DNA from: Candidatus Poribacteria bacterium
GTDB taxonomy: Bacteria; Poribacteria; WGA-4E; WGA-3G
Assembly: GCA_963668035.1 (NCBI GenBank)
Contig: OY764073.1
Coordinates: 4,743,308 to 4,807,307 of the forward strand
Length of the DNA: 64,000 nucleotides
Reading direction: 5' to 3'
Positions 38,927-49,246 of the stretch are shown one piece after another. The position numbers were made by a program, and so were the translations under genes. The notes beneath the pieces were generated by a model, which saw nothing but the letters and a program-made list of their open reading frames with translations, was not told the DNA's origin and did no database searches. Numbering within the stretch: position 1 is the stretch's first letter; the number at the start of each line of letters is the position of its first letter.

Positions 38927-38978
38927 GGCACCCGTTGGGGGTCCGTTTGGACCCCCAACGGGTGCCCGTAAGGGAAAC
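38927..38978. terminator. Perfect 16-bp-stem hairpin GGGCACCCGTTGGGGG-loop-CCCCCAACGGGTGCCC between convergent genes
   Basis: The perfect inverted repeat starts 8 bp after the metallopeptidase stop and is followed by another GGGGTAACCCAGCCCCTAC element. No U-tract follows, so it is either a bidirectional structural terminator or a REP-like element. Confidence 0.5.
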
Positions 38979-39003
38979 GGGGTAACCCAGCCCCTACAAA
39001 GGC

Positions 39004-39432
39004 TTAAGCCTTGCTTTCGATATCAACCCCGGGCCACTGATCATCTTGCTCGGTAATGTCCACGACGATGCCGTCTGGGTCTTCCACTTTGAAGGCTTCT
39101 GAAGGCAGTTCGTCTGAATTCGGGTCGTAAGGTTTGCTGCCGTCTAAGCCTTCCCAAACGATTTCGAAGCCGAGGTTTTCACACCGTTGTGCGGCTTCTC
39201 GCAAGTTCGGAACCCGAACACCGATGTGGAGGTAGTCTAACATTCCGCCGACATGCTCCGGCCGTTCGGGACCGCGGTGTTGAAATACACGGAAATTGTG
39301 ATAACCATCGGTGAGGTCATAGCAGCCGTTCATCGTCGAGAAGACGCGCAATCCGAGTGCGTCGCGCCAGAAACGGATGCTCTCCTCCAGATCGGTCGTG
39401 CGGACACCGATGTGTACAAGTGTTGTTGACAT
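39004..39432 (-). CDS. VOC family protein (glyoxalase / bleomycin-resistance fold)
   Basis: HIGVRTTDLEESIRFW and HIGVRVPNLREA are paired beta-alpha-beta-beta-beta modules. Length is 142 aa. Confidence 0.7.
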   Translation of the reverse strand: MSTTLVHIGVRTTDLEESIRFWRDALGLRVFSTMNGCYDLTDGYHNFRVFQHRGPERPEHVGGMLDYLHIGVRVPNLREAAQRCENLGFEIVWEGLDGSKPYDPNSDELPSEAFKVEDPDGIVVDITEQDDQWPGVDIESKA

Positions 39433-39515
39433 AAGAGATTTCCTTTTGTTACGTTGTTACGGTTACGGCACACGGCGCGTGCCTACTATGTTGTTACGGC
39501 ACACGGCGCGTGCTT

Positions 39516-40340
39516 TTAGATCCAAACAGTCGGTTCTCGGTTTTCTGCACGATGCTCGTAGAGTAACTTGACATCGTCCGGGAAATTATCAAACGTTTCA
39601 CCGGGAATCGTGGCAGTGTTGACACCGAAGAGTTCCAAGTTCAGCCACCACGGTGCGTATCTGACAACGACGGCTGTGCGTTTACCGGCACTCGGGTTTT
39701 CTGCGTTGGAATGCCAAATTCGGCTGTCCATGATAAGGACGCTCCCGGCACTTCCGATGGCTTGCATTTCACCCTCAATCGGGTTCCGGTCGCCGATACC
39801 GTCCGCTTTGCCTCTGGGGTTGCGAAGGTCTACATGCGTTTTAGGCACGATCCAAGTCCCACCGTTTTCCGTCGTAAACTCAGAGAGCATCCAGAGGGTT
39901 GTGATACCGATGACAGCAGTCGGGAACGGTTGCGGGATGTGCCACTTCTGGTTCAGGTCATAAGGGAAATCGGAGTGATACGCACGCACTAATTCATAAT
40001 GCGGGGGCCGAATCTTATATTCAGTCTGTGAGATACGCACCTGCGGTCCTAACAGTTGACAGATGGTAGCGAGGAGTCGCTCGTTGGCGAGATGCTCAGC
40101 AAACTTCGGCATGAAGCTAATAACATTGCGTTCCCATCTGCCGTGTTCTTTGCTGAATGCGTTATAGTCCGCTTCCGAGGTTTCGACCTCTTCACGCACT
40201 GCATCAACGACCTCGGCGGGAATAGCATTCTCCAAGACGCACCAGCCTTCTTCCCGCAACTGCGTAACATAAGGTTCAACTGTTTCTAACTTTTGTGTAG
40301 CAAGTTCTGGCTTGCAAGCTGTGCCAAAATTGTCTGCCAT
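39516..40340 (-). CDS. Phytanoyl-CoA dioxygenase (PhyH) family Fe(II)/2-oxoglutarate oxygenase
   Basis: AYHSDFPY (HxD) and a distal IWHSNAEN histidine fit the PhyH family. Confidence 0.55.
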   Translation of the reverse strand: MADNFGTACKPELATQKLETVEPYVTQLREEGWCVLENAIPAEVVDAVREEVETSEADYNAFSKEHGRWERNVISFMPKFAEHLANERLLATICQLLGPQVRISQTEYKIRPPHYELVRAYHSDFPYDLNQKWHIPQPFPTAVIGITTLWMLSEFTTENGGTWIVPKTHVDLRNPRGKADGIGDRNPIEGEMQAIGSAGSVLIMDSRIWHSNAENPSAGKRTAVVVRYAPWWLNLELFGVNTATIPGETFDNFPDDVKLLYEHRAENREPTVWI

Positions 40341-40358
40341 TAAGGTCTCCTTAGCATG

Positions 40359-40757
40359 TTAAGGCTTGCAACTGGTTTCTCGGTCACGATTATAGCGAAC
40401 TGCGGTCTTAATGAGCGGGGCAAGTCGCATCACCTTACCAAGGGAGCCGATGACACCAATTTCGCGCATAGTGATGGCAGCCATGACGTTGAGTTCGCCT
40501 GTCCAAAATTTGTAGGCAACATCACCGGTCATCGTGAGCTCAACATCCGGCGTTAGGTTATCACACGCACCATAGGTGATGCTATATCCGCCATTTGCCG
40601 CTGTGAGTGTCATCGTACAATCAGGCACAGTGTAGTTAAACTGAACACTAAGTGTCAAGGATTTGAGCGCCTCTTGTGTTTCCGGTAGCGTTGCGATTTC
40701 TGCAAACAGCTCACGCATATAACTATAGAGTTGTTCAGATGTTTCAAATATAGCCAT
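40359..40757 (-). CDS. SCP2 sterol-carrier-like domain protein
   Basis: KFWTGELNVMAAITMREIGVIGSLGKVMRLAPL is SCP2-like. Length is 132 aa. Confidence 0.5.
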   Translation of the reverse strand: MAIFETSEQLYSYMRELFAEIATLPETQEALKSLTLSVQFNYTVPDCTMTLTAANGGYSITYGACDNLTPDVELTMTGDVAYKFWTGELNVMAAITMREIGVIGSLGKVMRLAPLIKTAVRYNRDRETSCKP

Positions 40758-40789
40758 AGTTTACGGTATAGCATACCGTAATCATACTT

Positions 40790-41371
40790 ATGAAGTCAAG
40801 TAACTTTTTTGATAAAAAAATGAAAAAATCAAATCCTTCTGAACAAATGCACGATCAGCGTTTGAGAGAATTACCAGATGGTATTGGCATCTCTAATTTC
40901 TGTTATGAGTCCCCTATAGGATGGATAGACATTATCGCCGAGGGGAACGATCTTTTGCGGACTACTTTCAGCGAAGGGCCGCTTTTTGATTCGCTATCTC
41001 CGCCGGCTGCTCCCGTAGTCGTTGAAGTGATTGAACGCCTTGATCGCTATTTTGCTGCGGCACCGGTTAATTTTTCCGATATTCCGATGCAATTAACACA
41101 CAAAACAGACTTCCAAGAGCACGTCTGGCACATCATCGATCAGATTCCTTATGGAGAGGTGCGAAGTTATCTGTGGATTGCAGAACAGATGGGAAAACCG
41201 AAGTCAGTCCGTGGCGTTGGCAATGCCGTTGGTGCGAACCCCTTCTCTATTCTTAGACCGTGCCATCGTGTGATTAGGAGTAATGGTACATTAGGTGGGT
41301 ACGGCGGCGGATTAGACCGGAAACGTCAATTGTTAGCACTTGAAGGACACGATACCGAAAAATTTAAGTAG
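40790..41371 (+). CDS. ogt: Methylated-DNA-protein-cysteine methyltransferase (Ogt/MGMT family)
   Basis: Active-site PCHRVI and the downstream GGYGGGLDRKRQLLALEG are present. The start codon is uncertain (40790, 40820 or 40847). Confidence 0.75.
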   Translation: MKSSNFFDKKMKKSNPSEQMHDQRLRELPDGIGISNFCYESPIGWIDIIAEGNDLLRTTFSEGPLFDSLSPPAAPVVVEVIERLDRYFAAAPVNFSDIPMQLTHKTDFQEHVWHIIDQIPYGEVRSYLWIAEQMGKPKSVRGVGNAVGANPFSILRPCHRVIRSNGTLGGYGGGLDRKRQLLALEGHDTEKFK

Positions 41372-41418
41372 CGCAGGTCGCGAGTAAGACTCACGCCTAC
41401 AGAAAGAGGAAGCTCTTA

Positions 41419-42624
41419 ATGGCATCTGAAAAGAAATTAGGGAAAGCAACGCAAGCCATCCATGCGGGGGAGAGACCGACATCTGCCACTGAAAAAAGTG
41501 GCATACCCCTCCTACCGCCTATCTATCAAAACAGTACTTTCCGTTTCACGACAGCCGCTGAATGTGCGGAGGCGTTCGGAGACGAGGAGAGTGGTTATGT
41601 GTATACGCGTTGGGGTAACCCGACACAAACAGTATTAGAACAGAAACTTGCCGTCCTTGAGGCAGGTGAAGCGGCACTCGCGACAGGGTCAGGGATGGGA
41701 GCGGTAAGCACGGCACTGTTGACTGCCCTATCCGAGGGTGGACACGTTGTCGCCATGGAAAACCTCTATTCCGCGACGTTCCAGATACTTAATGAAGACC
41801 TCCGCCGCTTCGGCATTGAGACGACATTCGTTGATGCCACCGATCCCTCACAAATTGTGCACGCCATCAGAGCGGATACGAAGGTTCTCTACCTTGAAAG
41901 CCCAACAAACCCACTCCTAAAACTGATTGACTTACGGACAGCCGCCGAGATTGCGAAAACACACGGCTTAACCTCAATTATTGATAATACGTTCGCGACA
42001 CCGTGCGGGCAGCAACCGATCGCCCTCGGTATTGATGTCGTCGTCCACAGCATGACGAAATATTTGAGTGGTACGGGGGCAGTGATTGCCGGCGCGATTG
42101 TCGGGCAGAAAGAATTCATTACGGACGCTAAAACAGGGGCACTACGCAACTTCGGGGCAGTTATCAGTCCATTCAACGCGTGGTTAACACTACACGGGAT
42201 TACAACGCTGCCTTTGCGATTTGCGCGACACTGCGAAAACGCGATGCACGTTGCAGCGTTTCTGGAGACACACCCGGGGGTAGCGTGGGTCCGTTATCCG
42301 GGTCTGCCGAGCCATCCGCAACATGAACTCGCTAAACATCAAATGGAAGCGTTCGGGGGTATGATCACACTGGAACTGAAAGGCGGACGTGCCGCGGGCG
42401 AACACCTCGTCAACCGCCTCCAACGCTGCGCGCTTGCGGTCAGTCTCGGAGATGTGCGCACCCTCATCTGTCATCCGGCATCAACAACACATTCGCACGT
42501 GCCGGCAGAAATCCGTCAGCGGATCGGCGTTACAGACGGTTTGGTCAGAATCTCCGTCGGTCTGGAGGACGTTGAAGATATTCTTGCTGACCTTGAACAG
42601 GCGTTAGAGCCCTGTGCTCCTTAG
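41419..42624 (+). CDS. Cys/Met-metabolism PLP-dependent enzyme (cystathionine gamma-synthase/lyase or O-acetylhomoserine sulfhydrylase family)
   Basis: The PLP-lysine context VVHSMTKYLSGTGAVIAG is present. Length is 401 aa. Confidence 0.8.
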   Translation: MASEKKLGKATQAIHAGERPTSATEKSGIPLLPPIYQNSTFRFTTAAECAEAFGDEESGYVYTRWGNPTQTVLEQKLAVLEAGEAALATGSGMGAVSTALLTALSEGGHVVAMENLYSATFQILNEDLRRFGIETTFVDATDPSQIVHAIRADTKVLYLESPTNPLLKLIDLRTAAEIAKTHGLTSIIDNTFATPCGQQPIALGIDVVVHSMTKYLSGTGAVIAGAIVGQKEFITDAKTGALRNFGAVISPFNAWLTLHGITTLPLRFARHCENAMHVAAFLETHPGVAWVRYPGLPSHPQHELAKHQMEAFGGMITLELKGGRAAGEHLVNRLQRCALAVSLGDVRTLICHPASTTHSHVPAEIRQRIGVTDGLVRISVGLEDVEDILADLEQALEPCAP

Positions 42625-43839
42625 CGTTTGGATATGATTCTCATTGATATTATTTGACTGATGGGTTGCGTCGCTATGCGGTTCCGGGAATTCTGTGAGC
42701 AGTTTCTGGTATGCCGCGACTGCTAAATCCGTTTCACCATTGTCCTCATGAATTTTTCCGACTGAATATTGTGCCATCCGTCGCGTGTCATAATGGTAGG
42801 TCGCATTATCCGCCACTTTTTGAAACGCATCAACAGCAGTCGTTATATCCTTGTTTGCAAGGGCGATTTGTGCGATGTAAACCTGCGCGTTGGCAGCATT
42901 TTCGTTACGTGGAAATAGTTCAATTCCCTGTTCAAGTTGGGCAATGGCTTCGTCGTACTTCTCAAGCCGTTCATAAGCCCATCCCATATAAAAGTAGGCA
43001 TCTTCCCCGGCTTTGGTGTCTGGATAGAGGTCAATGACCTTTTGGTAACCGTCAAGTGCCTCCTGATATTTTCCCTCTGCGAGATAGGCTTGCGGGATCC
43101 CGAAACTTGCGAGGGGCGCGAGGGCTGGGTCCCCGGAGTCCACGACGTTCGTGAATTCCACGCGCGCATTTTCGTATTCATGCTTCTTGAGATATATTTC
43201 GCCGGTTACATATAGAATCTGATAGAGCAGCGGACTATCGCTGAAAGGGACTCGGAGTGTGTCAAAATGCGCGAGGGCGTTGTTCAATTCACCTTTTCCA
43301 TAGTAGCACATTGCCGTATTAAACTGTGATTGTTCGGACAGATCACTGCCAGGATAGGTTGTGATTAATTGATGGAAAAGCGCGAGGGCCCGGTCATAGT
43401 AAGCATCAATGGATTCAAGTGTGCCAGTCTTCTTCAACTCCTCAGCAATCTTATAGGAGGCGAAAGCGATAGCGTACATGGAATCGTCAGCCCACTCACT
43501 GTCGGGATAGTTGTTAATGAGTCGACGGAAGAGCGCGAACGCTTCTTCATCGGTGCGCGAGCGTAAGGCGAGCTGATAGATCGCATCATCTGCCCAGAGG
43601 CTGTCTGGATAGTTCTCGAAAACTTCACGGTATGCGGCTCGGACTTTGCGCAACAGGCTTTTATCGGGACTATCAATTTCTACGGGGGGTGAGTCGAGTT
43701 GTTTTACGGCTGTCCACGCCTTGTCTGCGTTGTCGTAGTAGTGTGCGAAGCTGGTGTTGTTCGCCGTGAGACGCCCCACCCAAAACCCACCAGCGAGCGC
43801 GAGCAGAACGCAGATTTCTGCGATTATGAACTTTTTCAT
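42604..43839 (-). CDS. TPR-repeat protein with an N-terminal membrane anchor/signal
   Basis: The ATG whose reverse complement CAT lies at 43837-43839 follows AAGGAGAAGAACA. The N-terminus is MKKFIIAEICVLLALAGGFWVG. Multiple TPR-like Y/A-rich repeats follow. Confidence 0.6.
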   Translation of the reverse strand: MKKFIIAEICVLLALAGGFWVGRLTANNTSFAHYYDNADKAWTAVKQLDSPPVEIDSPDKSLLRKVRAAYREVFENYPDSLWADDAIYQLALRSRTDEEAFALFRRLINNYPDSEWADDSMYAIAFASYKIAEELKKTGTLESIDAYYDRALALFHQLITTYPGSDLSEQSQFNTAMCYYGKGELNNALAHFDTLRVPFSDSPLLYQILYVTGEIYLKKHEYENARVEFTNVVDSGDPALAPLASFGIPQAYLAEGKYQEALDGYQKVIDLYPDTKAGEDAYFYMGWAYERLEKYDEAIAQLEQGIELFPRNENAANAQVYIAQIALANKDITTAVDAFQKVADNATYHYDTRRMAQYSVGKIHEDNGETDLAVAAYQKLLTEFPEPHSDATHQSNNINENHIQTLRSTGL

Positions 43840-44225
43840 TGTTCTTCTCCTTGCCAAGTATTTATTCGTAAGTATACTAACAAGACTTCTAAAATATGTC
43901 AAGTACAATAGGTTTGTTTGCAGAGCCATTCAATGCAAGGGGTTTCCGTGCGGTTAGGAAACCGCACCTACCGGGCCCGGGGGTGAAAATTTGATCGAAA
44001 AATGGACAATTGAATGTCTCTGGTTTGTTTGCCGGAGACATTCATATCAGCAAGTAGCAAGTTTTGTGCCAATTTGAAGTATTAAGTTCCGATGGGGTTC
44101 CGATGGGTTTTCTGCAAAGGACGCCTAAGGGTCCTGCACAAAATCGGGCAGATTTCCTTATCAGTTGCCCCCAATAGTGCGGAATTAACACATCGTTAGT
44201 GCTATGGCGCGTTCACACTTTAATT

Positions 44226-44380
44226 AACCTAAGTTGCCACCTATTGATAGACATAGCACTCCTACGGAGTGCGGTCGCTTAGATACACCGTTTCTATAGA
44301 CATATCACCCCGACGGGGTGAGGAAAGTGCCTGACAAGTTTTGTGAAAACGTTAAAAACTTGTTAGTAGCAACTTGGGTT
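44226..44380. repeat. 155-bp MITE-like intergenic repeat, copy 1 (upstream of the ABC transporter binding-protein gene)
   Basis: It is near-identical to 46909..47063, with 2 mismatches and 1 indel seen by eye. It contains the palindromes CACTCCTACGGAGTG and CACCCCGACGGGGTG, plus TCTATAGACATAT. Confidence 0.85.
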
Positions 44381-44571
44381 TAATTAATATCTTGACAATA
44401 TAAGGACAGACTGTTATAATGTATAAAAGACAATATGGACTTCTCTGATTGCCAGAGGGGCATAAATACAATATTGATATGTTATGTTAACAACGATAAC
44501 TAAATTGAATCATGTTGCCTTGTTGCAACGACCTTTTTAATAGAGGTCACATCATAAAGAGAGGGTTTTTC

Positions 44572-45588
44572 GTGCGTAAATACTTGTTTCAAACAGCCTC
44601 GTTAGTTTTAGCGATCTTATTGGTAACACCGTTTGTCGCGAACAGTCAAGAGAGTATATTGGACAAAGTTAAAAATAGAGGAAGATTGATCTGTGGTGCG
44701 AATAAAGAATTGCCCGGTTTCGGTTACCTCAGTCAGGATGGTACATGGAAAGGCTTTGACGTAGATTATGGTCGGGCGATTGCTGCCGCTGTTTTGGGCG
44801 ATCCGAACAAAGTCGAGTTCCGCCCCTTAAAGGCACCAGATCGTTTTCCTGCTCTTCAAACAGGTGAAATAGATGTTTTAATCCGCAACACCACTTGGAC
44901 GCTGACTCGTGATACCGACTTAGGTGCTGACTTCTGTCCGCCCACCTTCTACGACGGGCAAGGTTTCATGCTCCCCAAGGCCCTAGGGATAACATCACTC
45001 AAGGAGTTGGCTGGTGCAACTATCGGCGTTACTGCTGGCAGTACGACGGAGTTAAATCTCGCCGATACCACCCGCGCCTTAGGGATCGAAGTTGAACCTA
45101 TTGTTTTTGCAGAAACGGAGACGCTTTACCAGAGTTACGATCAGGGACGTTGCGACGCGGTGACAAGCGATAAGTCGCAATTGGTCTCCCGCCGCCAATC
45201 CTTAAAAAATCCGGACGACCATGTTATTCTTGACATAACGGTTTCAAAGGAACCTTTGGGGCCTGTCACTGTCCACGGGGATAACAAGTGGAATGATGTG
45301 GTGAGTTGGGTTGTATACGCCACGTTCTTTGCCGAAGAGCACGGTATTACGCAAGCCAACGTCAACACCTTTGAAACAGAGAACCCGGAAATCAAGCGTT
45401 TCTTGGGAGAGTCTGGAGATATAGGAGCGAAGCTCGGTTTACCGAAAGATTGGGCGCGTCAAGTTATTGCTGCTGTCGGCAACTATGGCGAGATTTTTGA
45501 ACGCAACCTGGCACCGTTAGGTCTACCGCGTGGGGTCAACAAACCGTGGACGCAGGGCGGTTTACTCTACGCAATACCATTCCGTTAG
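44572..45588 (+). CDS. Amino-acid ABC transporter substrate-binding protein (family 3, AapJ/BztA-like)
   Basis: GTG 44572 is followed by the signal peptide LFQTASLVLAILLVTPFVANS. It sits with the permease and ATPase genes downstream. Confidence 0.75.
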   Translation: MRKYLFQTASLVLAILLVTPFVANSQESILDKVKNRGRLICGANKELPGFGYLSQDGTWKGFDVDYGRAIAAAVLGDPNKVEFRPLKAPDRFPALQTGEIDVLIRNTTWTLTRDTDLGADFCPPTFYDGQGFMLPKALGITSLKELAGATIGVTAGSTTELNLADTTRALGIEVEPIVFAETETLYQSYDQGRCDAVTSDKSQLVSRRQSLKNPDDHVILDITVSKEPLGPVTVHGDNKWNDVVSWVVYATFFAEEHGITQANVNTFETENPEIKRFLGESGDIGAKLGLPKDWARQVIAAVGNYGEIFERNLAPLGLPRGVNKPWTQGGLLYAIPFR

Positions 45589-45612
45589 ATAGTCTTTGTG
45601 CGTGAGTAAAAT

Positions 45613-46797
45613 ATGGAAAATAATTCACTTACAACAGGATCGGGAAAAATCCCCTTCTGGCGAGATGTCCGAGTTTTGCGAGTGCTGTTTCAGGTTGTCT
45701 TCCTGTTCGGTGTGATTCTGCTGTTGGCTATTCTTTATAGGAACATGTTAGAGGGACTTCGTGGGCTTGGACTGACGTTGAATCTCAATTTCCTCCAAAA
45801 TGAAGCCGGGTTTGACATTTCAGAGGGGATCCCTTATGAACCTTCGGATACTTATCTCAAAGCATTCTGGGTTGGAATCCTGAACACCCTCAAAGTTAGT
45901 ATCATAGGGATCGTCTGTGCGACATTTATCGGTCTCCTTTTCGGTATCGCGCGATTGTCAACTAACTGGTTAATCCGGACGATAGCCGCTGCTTATGTGG
46001 AATGTTTCCGCAACATTCCCCTTCTACTCCAGATTATATTTTGGTATACTGCTGTAGTCGCACAACTTCCACAGGTCCGGGAGAGCATTTCGCTTTTTGA
46101 AGGCGTGTTCATTAACAACCGGGGGATATACCTCCCTTCGCCTGAACCGACTTCAAGTCTGAAAATTTGGCTATGGTTTCTCTGTGCCGGTTTACTCCTT
46201 GCTGTGTTCCTCTATGTGCTGCGGTGGCGACAGCTGCAACGATTGGATCGTCCCGGTTTTCGTGCGAAGTGGGCCCTACCTGCGTTCCTTATCGTTGCGC
46301 TCTGTGGATGGTTTTTAACACCCGGTAGACCTTTTACGCTGGATTTACCAGCATGGCAAGGCTTCAACTACCAAGGCGGGATGCGCTTTTCACCAGAGTT
46401 TTCTGCCCTTTTAATTGGACTCTTCATATATACAAGCGCGTTTATTGCCGAAGTCGTGCGAAGCGGTATACAATCGGTGGTCAAGGGACAACGGGAAGCC
46501 GCGAGAGCCGTCGGTTTGAAGGAGGGGCAGACCTTACGCTTAGTTGTTCTCCCTCAGGCGATTCCTATCATCGTGCCGCCGCTCACAAGTCAGTATTTGA
46601 ACCTCGCGAAAAATTCAAGTCTGGCTACTGCAGTTGCTTTCCCCGATCTATTTCACGTAGGAGATACTATGATGAATCAGACGGGACAATCAATTCCGGT
46701 TTTTGCGATGATTATGGTCAGCTATCTGGTGATGAGTTTAACGACATCAGCAGCCATGAATTGGTATAACCGTTGGATTACCCGAATCGGACGATGA
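45613..46797 (+). CDS. Amino-acid ABC transporter permease (AapQ-like)
   Basis: It is polytopic, and the EAA-like loop is REAARAVGLKEGQTLRLVVLPQAIP. Confidence 0.8.
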   Translation: MENNSLTTGSGKIPFWRDVRVLRVLFQVVFLFGVILLLAILYRNMLEGLRGLGLTLNLNFLQNEAGFDISEGIPYEPSDTYLKAFWVGILNTLKVSIIGIVCATFIGLLFGIARLSTNWLIRTIAAAYVECFRNIPLLLQIIFWYTAVVAQLPQVRESISLFEGVFINNRGIYLPSPEPTSSLKIWLWFLCAGLLLAVFLYVLRWRQLQRLDRPGFRAKWALPAFLIVALCGWFLTPGRPFTLDLPAWQGFNYQGGMRFSPEFSALLIGLFIYTSAFIAEVVRSGIQSVVKGQREAARAVGLKEGQTLRLVVLPQAIPIIVPPLTSQYLNLAKNSSLATAVAFPDLFHVGDTMMNQTGQSIPVFAMIMVSYLVMSLTTSAAMNWYNRWITRIGR

Positions 46798-46908
46798 CAG
46801 AGGAATGGCTATCGGAAACCATCGGTTTTCAGTTAATATCTTGTGGCAGTTACAACATATCTGCCTGCCACAAGGAGTCTCTTTAACGGACAACTGGAAA
46901 CTAATAAT

Positions 46909-47063
46909 AACCTAAGTTGCCACCTATTGATAGACATAGCACTCCTACGGAGTGCGGTCGCTTAGATACACCGTTTCTATAGACATATCACCCCTACGGG
47001 GTGAGGAAAGTGCCTGACAAGTCTTGTGAAAACGTTAAAAACTTGTTAGTAGCAACTTGGGTT
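46909..47063. repeat. 155-bp MITE-like intergenic repeat, copy 2 (between the two permease genes)
   Basis: It is near-identical to 44226..44380. Confidence 0.85.
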
Positions 47064-47088
47064 AATAATAAGAAAGGGACATCACACA

Positions 47089-48276
47089 GTGGAAGATCAA
47101 GAGCTCACACAAGAAATAGAAATTAAACCCCCCGCCAACACAAAAGGGGCAGTGCGATGGCTCAAGGACAACCTATTTAACACTTGGTACAATACGCTTT
47201 TGACCTGTTTGGCACTTGTGTTCCTATTCTTTGCTTTTAAAGGGTTTCTGACTTGGGCGTTCACCGAAGCGGAATGGGATGTGATTCCAGCGAATTTTCG
47301 GCTCTTTATGGTCGGATCTTATCCACAAGAACAGGTGTGGCGTGTATGGAACTCGATTTATATCTTAAGTGTGCTCATAGGTTTGAGTGCTGGGCTCTGG
47401 GGCGGTTTGGTCTTCCGATTTGCTGTTGCTCTCAGTGGTGTTTGGTTTATCAGCGCCCTTCTCCCCTTTGAACTCTCAACACGGGGATGGTGTTTAGGCG
47501 CGATCGCTATGATAGTGGTTTCGTTCTTCCTTGGACGCGGCAGAACAGGTTTACGACCTTGGATTTTGGGAGGGTGGATACTCTCTTTCCCAGTAATCAT
47601 GGTGGTGTTACGTGGGTTCGGGGAGAATGGCGTTCTGACAAGCAATTGGGGCGGACTGCTTCTCACGTTGATCTTAGCGGTCGTAGGTATCGTCGTCTCT
47701 TTCCCGCTTGGCGTATTTTTAGCACTCTGTCGCCAGAGCAATCTCCCCGCTATCCGATGGGTTTCAACGACTTACATTGAGACGGTTCGCGGGGTCCCGT
47801 TGATAACAATCTTATTCATGGGCAACGTCCTCATACCGATATTCATGCCGGGTCTTGATATTAACCAAGTTTTACGGATGATGATCGGCATAACCTTCTT
47901 TTCCGCCGCCTACATGGCGGAGAATGTGCGTGGCGGACTTCAAGGGATTCCAAGGGGACAACATGAAGCTGCACAAGCCGTAGGACTTAACTATGTGCAG
48001 ACGACGCTATTTATCGTCTTACCGCAAGCACTCCGATCCGTCATTCCAGCGATTGTTGGACAATTCATCGCATTGTTTAAGGACACCTCTCTCGTCTCTA
48101 TCATCGGACTCATTGATCTCTTGGGGGTCGCTAAAAGCGTCATCGCTAATCCGGACTGGCTCGGACTGCAAGCGGAAGTCTATCTGTTCGCCGCAGTTAT
48201 CTATTTTGTTTTCTGTTATGCGATGTCCTATGCCAGCCAAGACATTGAGACAGACTTGGGCGTTGGAAAGCACTAA
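47089..48276 (+). CDS. Amino-acid ABC transporter permease (AapM-like)
   Basis: It is polytopic, and the EAA-like loop is QHEAAQAVGLNYVQTTLFIVLPQALR. Confidence 0.8.
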   Translation: MEDQELTQEIEIKPPANTKGAVRWLKDNLFNTWYNTLLTCLALVFLFFAFKGFLTWAFTEAEWDVIPANFRLFMVGSYPQEQVWRVWNSIYILSVLIGLSAGLWGGLVFRFAVALSGVWFISALLPFELSTRGWCLGAIAMIVVSFFLGRGRTGLRPWILGGWILSFPVIMVVLRGFGENGVLTSNWGGLLLTLILAVVGIVVSFPLGVFLALCRQSNLPAIRWVSTTYIETVRGVPLITILFMGNVLIPIFMPGLDINQVLRMMIGITFFSAAYMAENVRGGLQGIPRGQHEAAQAVGLNYVQTTLFIVLPQALRSVIPAIVGQFIALFKDTSLVSIIGLIDLLGVAKSVIANPDWLGLQAEVYLFAAVIYFVFCYAMSYASQDIETDLGVGKH

Positions 48277-48288
48277 AGTTTGTAGAGT

Positions 48289-48308
48289 ACGGGCGAGGTG
48301 ACCTCGCC
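48289..48308. terminator. Hairpin GGGCGAGGTGACCTCGCCC flanked by GTAGAG...CCCTACAAGAG after the permease gene
   Basis: A 7-bp GC-rich stem lies 12 bp after the stop at 48276. No U-tract follows. Confidence 0.4.
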
Positions 48309-48340
48309 CCTACAAGAGTATCTAACAAGGAATAAAAAAA

Positions 48341-49102
48341 ATGGCAGCACAAGCAAACGCGTTGAACGATCCGATTATTATGTGCGAGGATGTACATAAA
48401 TGGTTTGACGATTTCCATGTCCTCAAAGGAATTACAACCTCGTTCCAAAAAGGCGAAAGGGCAGTAATATGCGGCCCTTCCGGATCAGGCAAATCCACAT
48501 TCATTCGGACCCTGAACCGTCTGGAAGAACATCAACGCGGCACAATTATCATTGATGGCGTAGAACTCACCGATGATCTCCGCAATATTAATCTTATTCG
48601 TCAAGAAGTCGGTATGGTGTTCCAACAGTTCAACCTATTCCCGCATCTGACGAACCTACAGAATATCACCTTAGGACCTATCCGCGTTAGGAAGATGACG
48701 AAAACTGAAGCGGAAGAGGTCGCTTTATCGCTTTTAGAGCGGGTGGATATTGCGGATCAGGCGTACAAGTATCCCGCAGAAATTTCGGGTGGACAGCAGC
48801 AGCGCGTTGCGATCGCAAGGGCATTGGCAATGGAACCTAAGATTATGCTCTTTGATGAACCGACAAGTGCTCTCGATCCGGAAATGATTTCGGAAGTGTT
48901 AGATGTGATGCGGGAGCTTGCACACTCCGGTATGACAATGCTCGTTGTTACACATGAAATGGGGTTTGCACGTGAAGTTGCTAATCGGGTCCTTTTCTTC
49001 GATGAGGGAATGATTGTAGAGGAGGCACCGCCTGCAGATTTCTTTGATAATCCGCAGCACGAACGCACAAAACTTTTCATCTCACAAACGCTGCAGCATT
49101 AG
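48341..49102 (+). CDS. Amino-acid ABC transporter ATP-binding protein (GlnQ/AapP-like)
   Basis: Walker [10 protein letters not shown], the [15 protein letters not shown] signature, Walker [12 protein letters not shown] and the H-loop VTHEM are present. Confidence 0.9.
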   Translation: MAAQANALNDPIIMCEDVHKWFDDFHVLKGITTSFQKGERAVICGPSGSGKSTFIRTLNRLEEHQRGTIIIDGVELTDDLRNINLIRQEVGMVFQQFNLFPHLTNLQNITLGPIRVRKMTKTEAEEVALSLLERVDIADQAYKYPAEISGGQQQRVAIARALAMEPKIMLFDEPTSALDPEMISEVLDVMRELAHSGMTMLVVTHEMGFAREVANRVLFFDEGMIVEEAPPADFFDNPQHERTKLFISQTLQH

Positions 49103-49246
49103 AAGATTATGATAAAATTGCGTATCTTCTGTAGATCAGATCCGTTGTGCGGCTGCCGCTTGCAAAAGCGTAATCGGTATCGTTTCGGAGATTGAGGGCG
49201 TGTATGATGAAAGCAAACTATGATTTTTCAAGATGTAGGACCAAAA

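Noticed and set aside
38927-38978. Reading the perfect 16-bp hairpin as a classic rho-independent terminator
   Set aside because: It lacks a downstream U-tract on either strand. It is kept as a structural or bidirectional terminator or REP-like element at reduced confidence instead.
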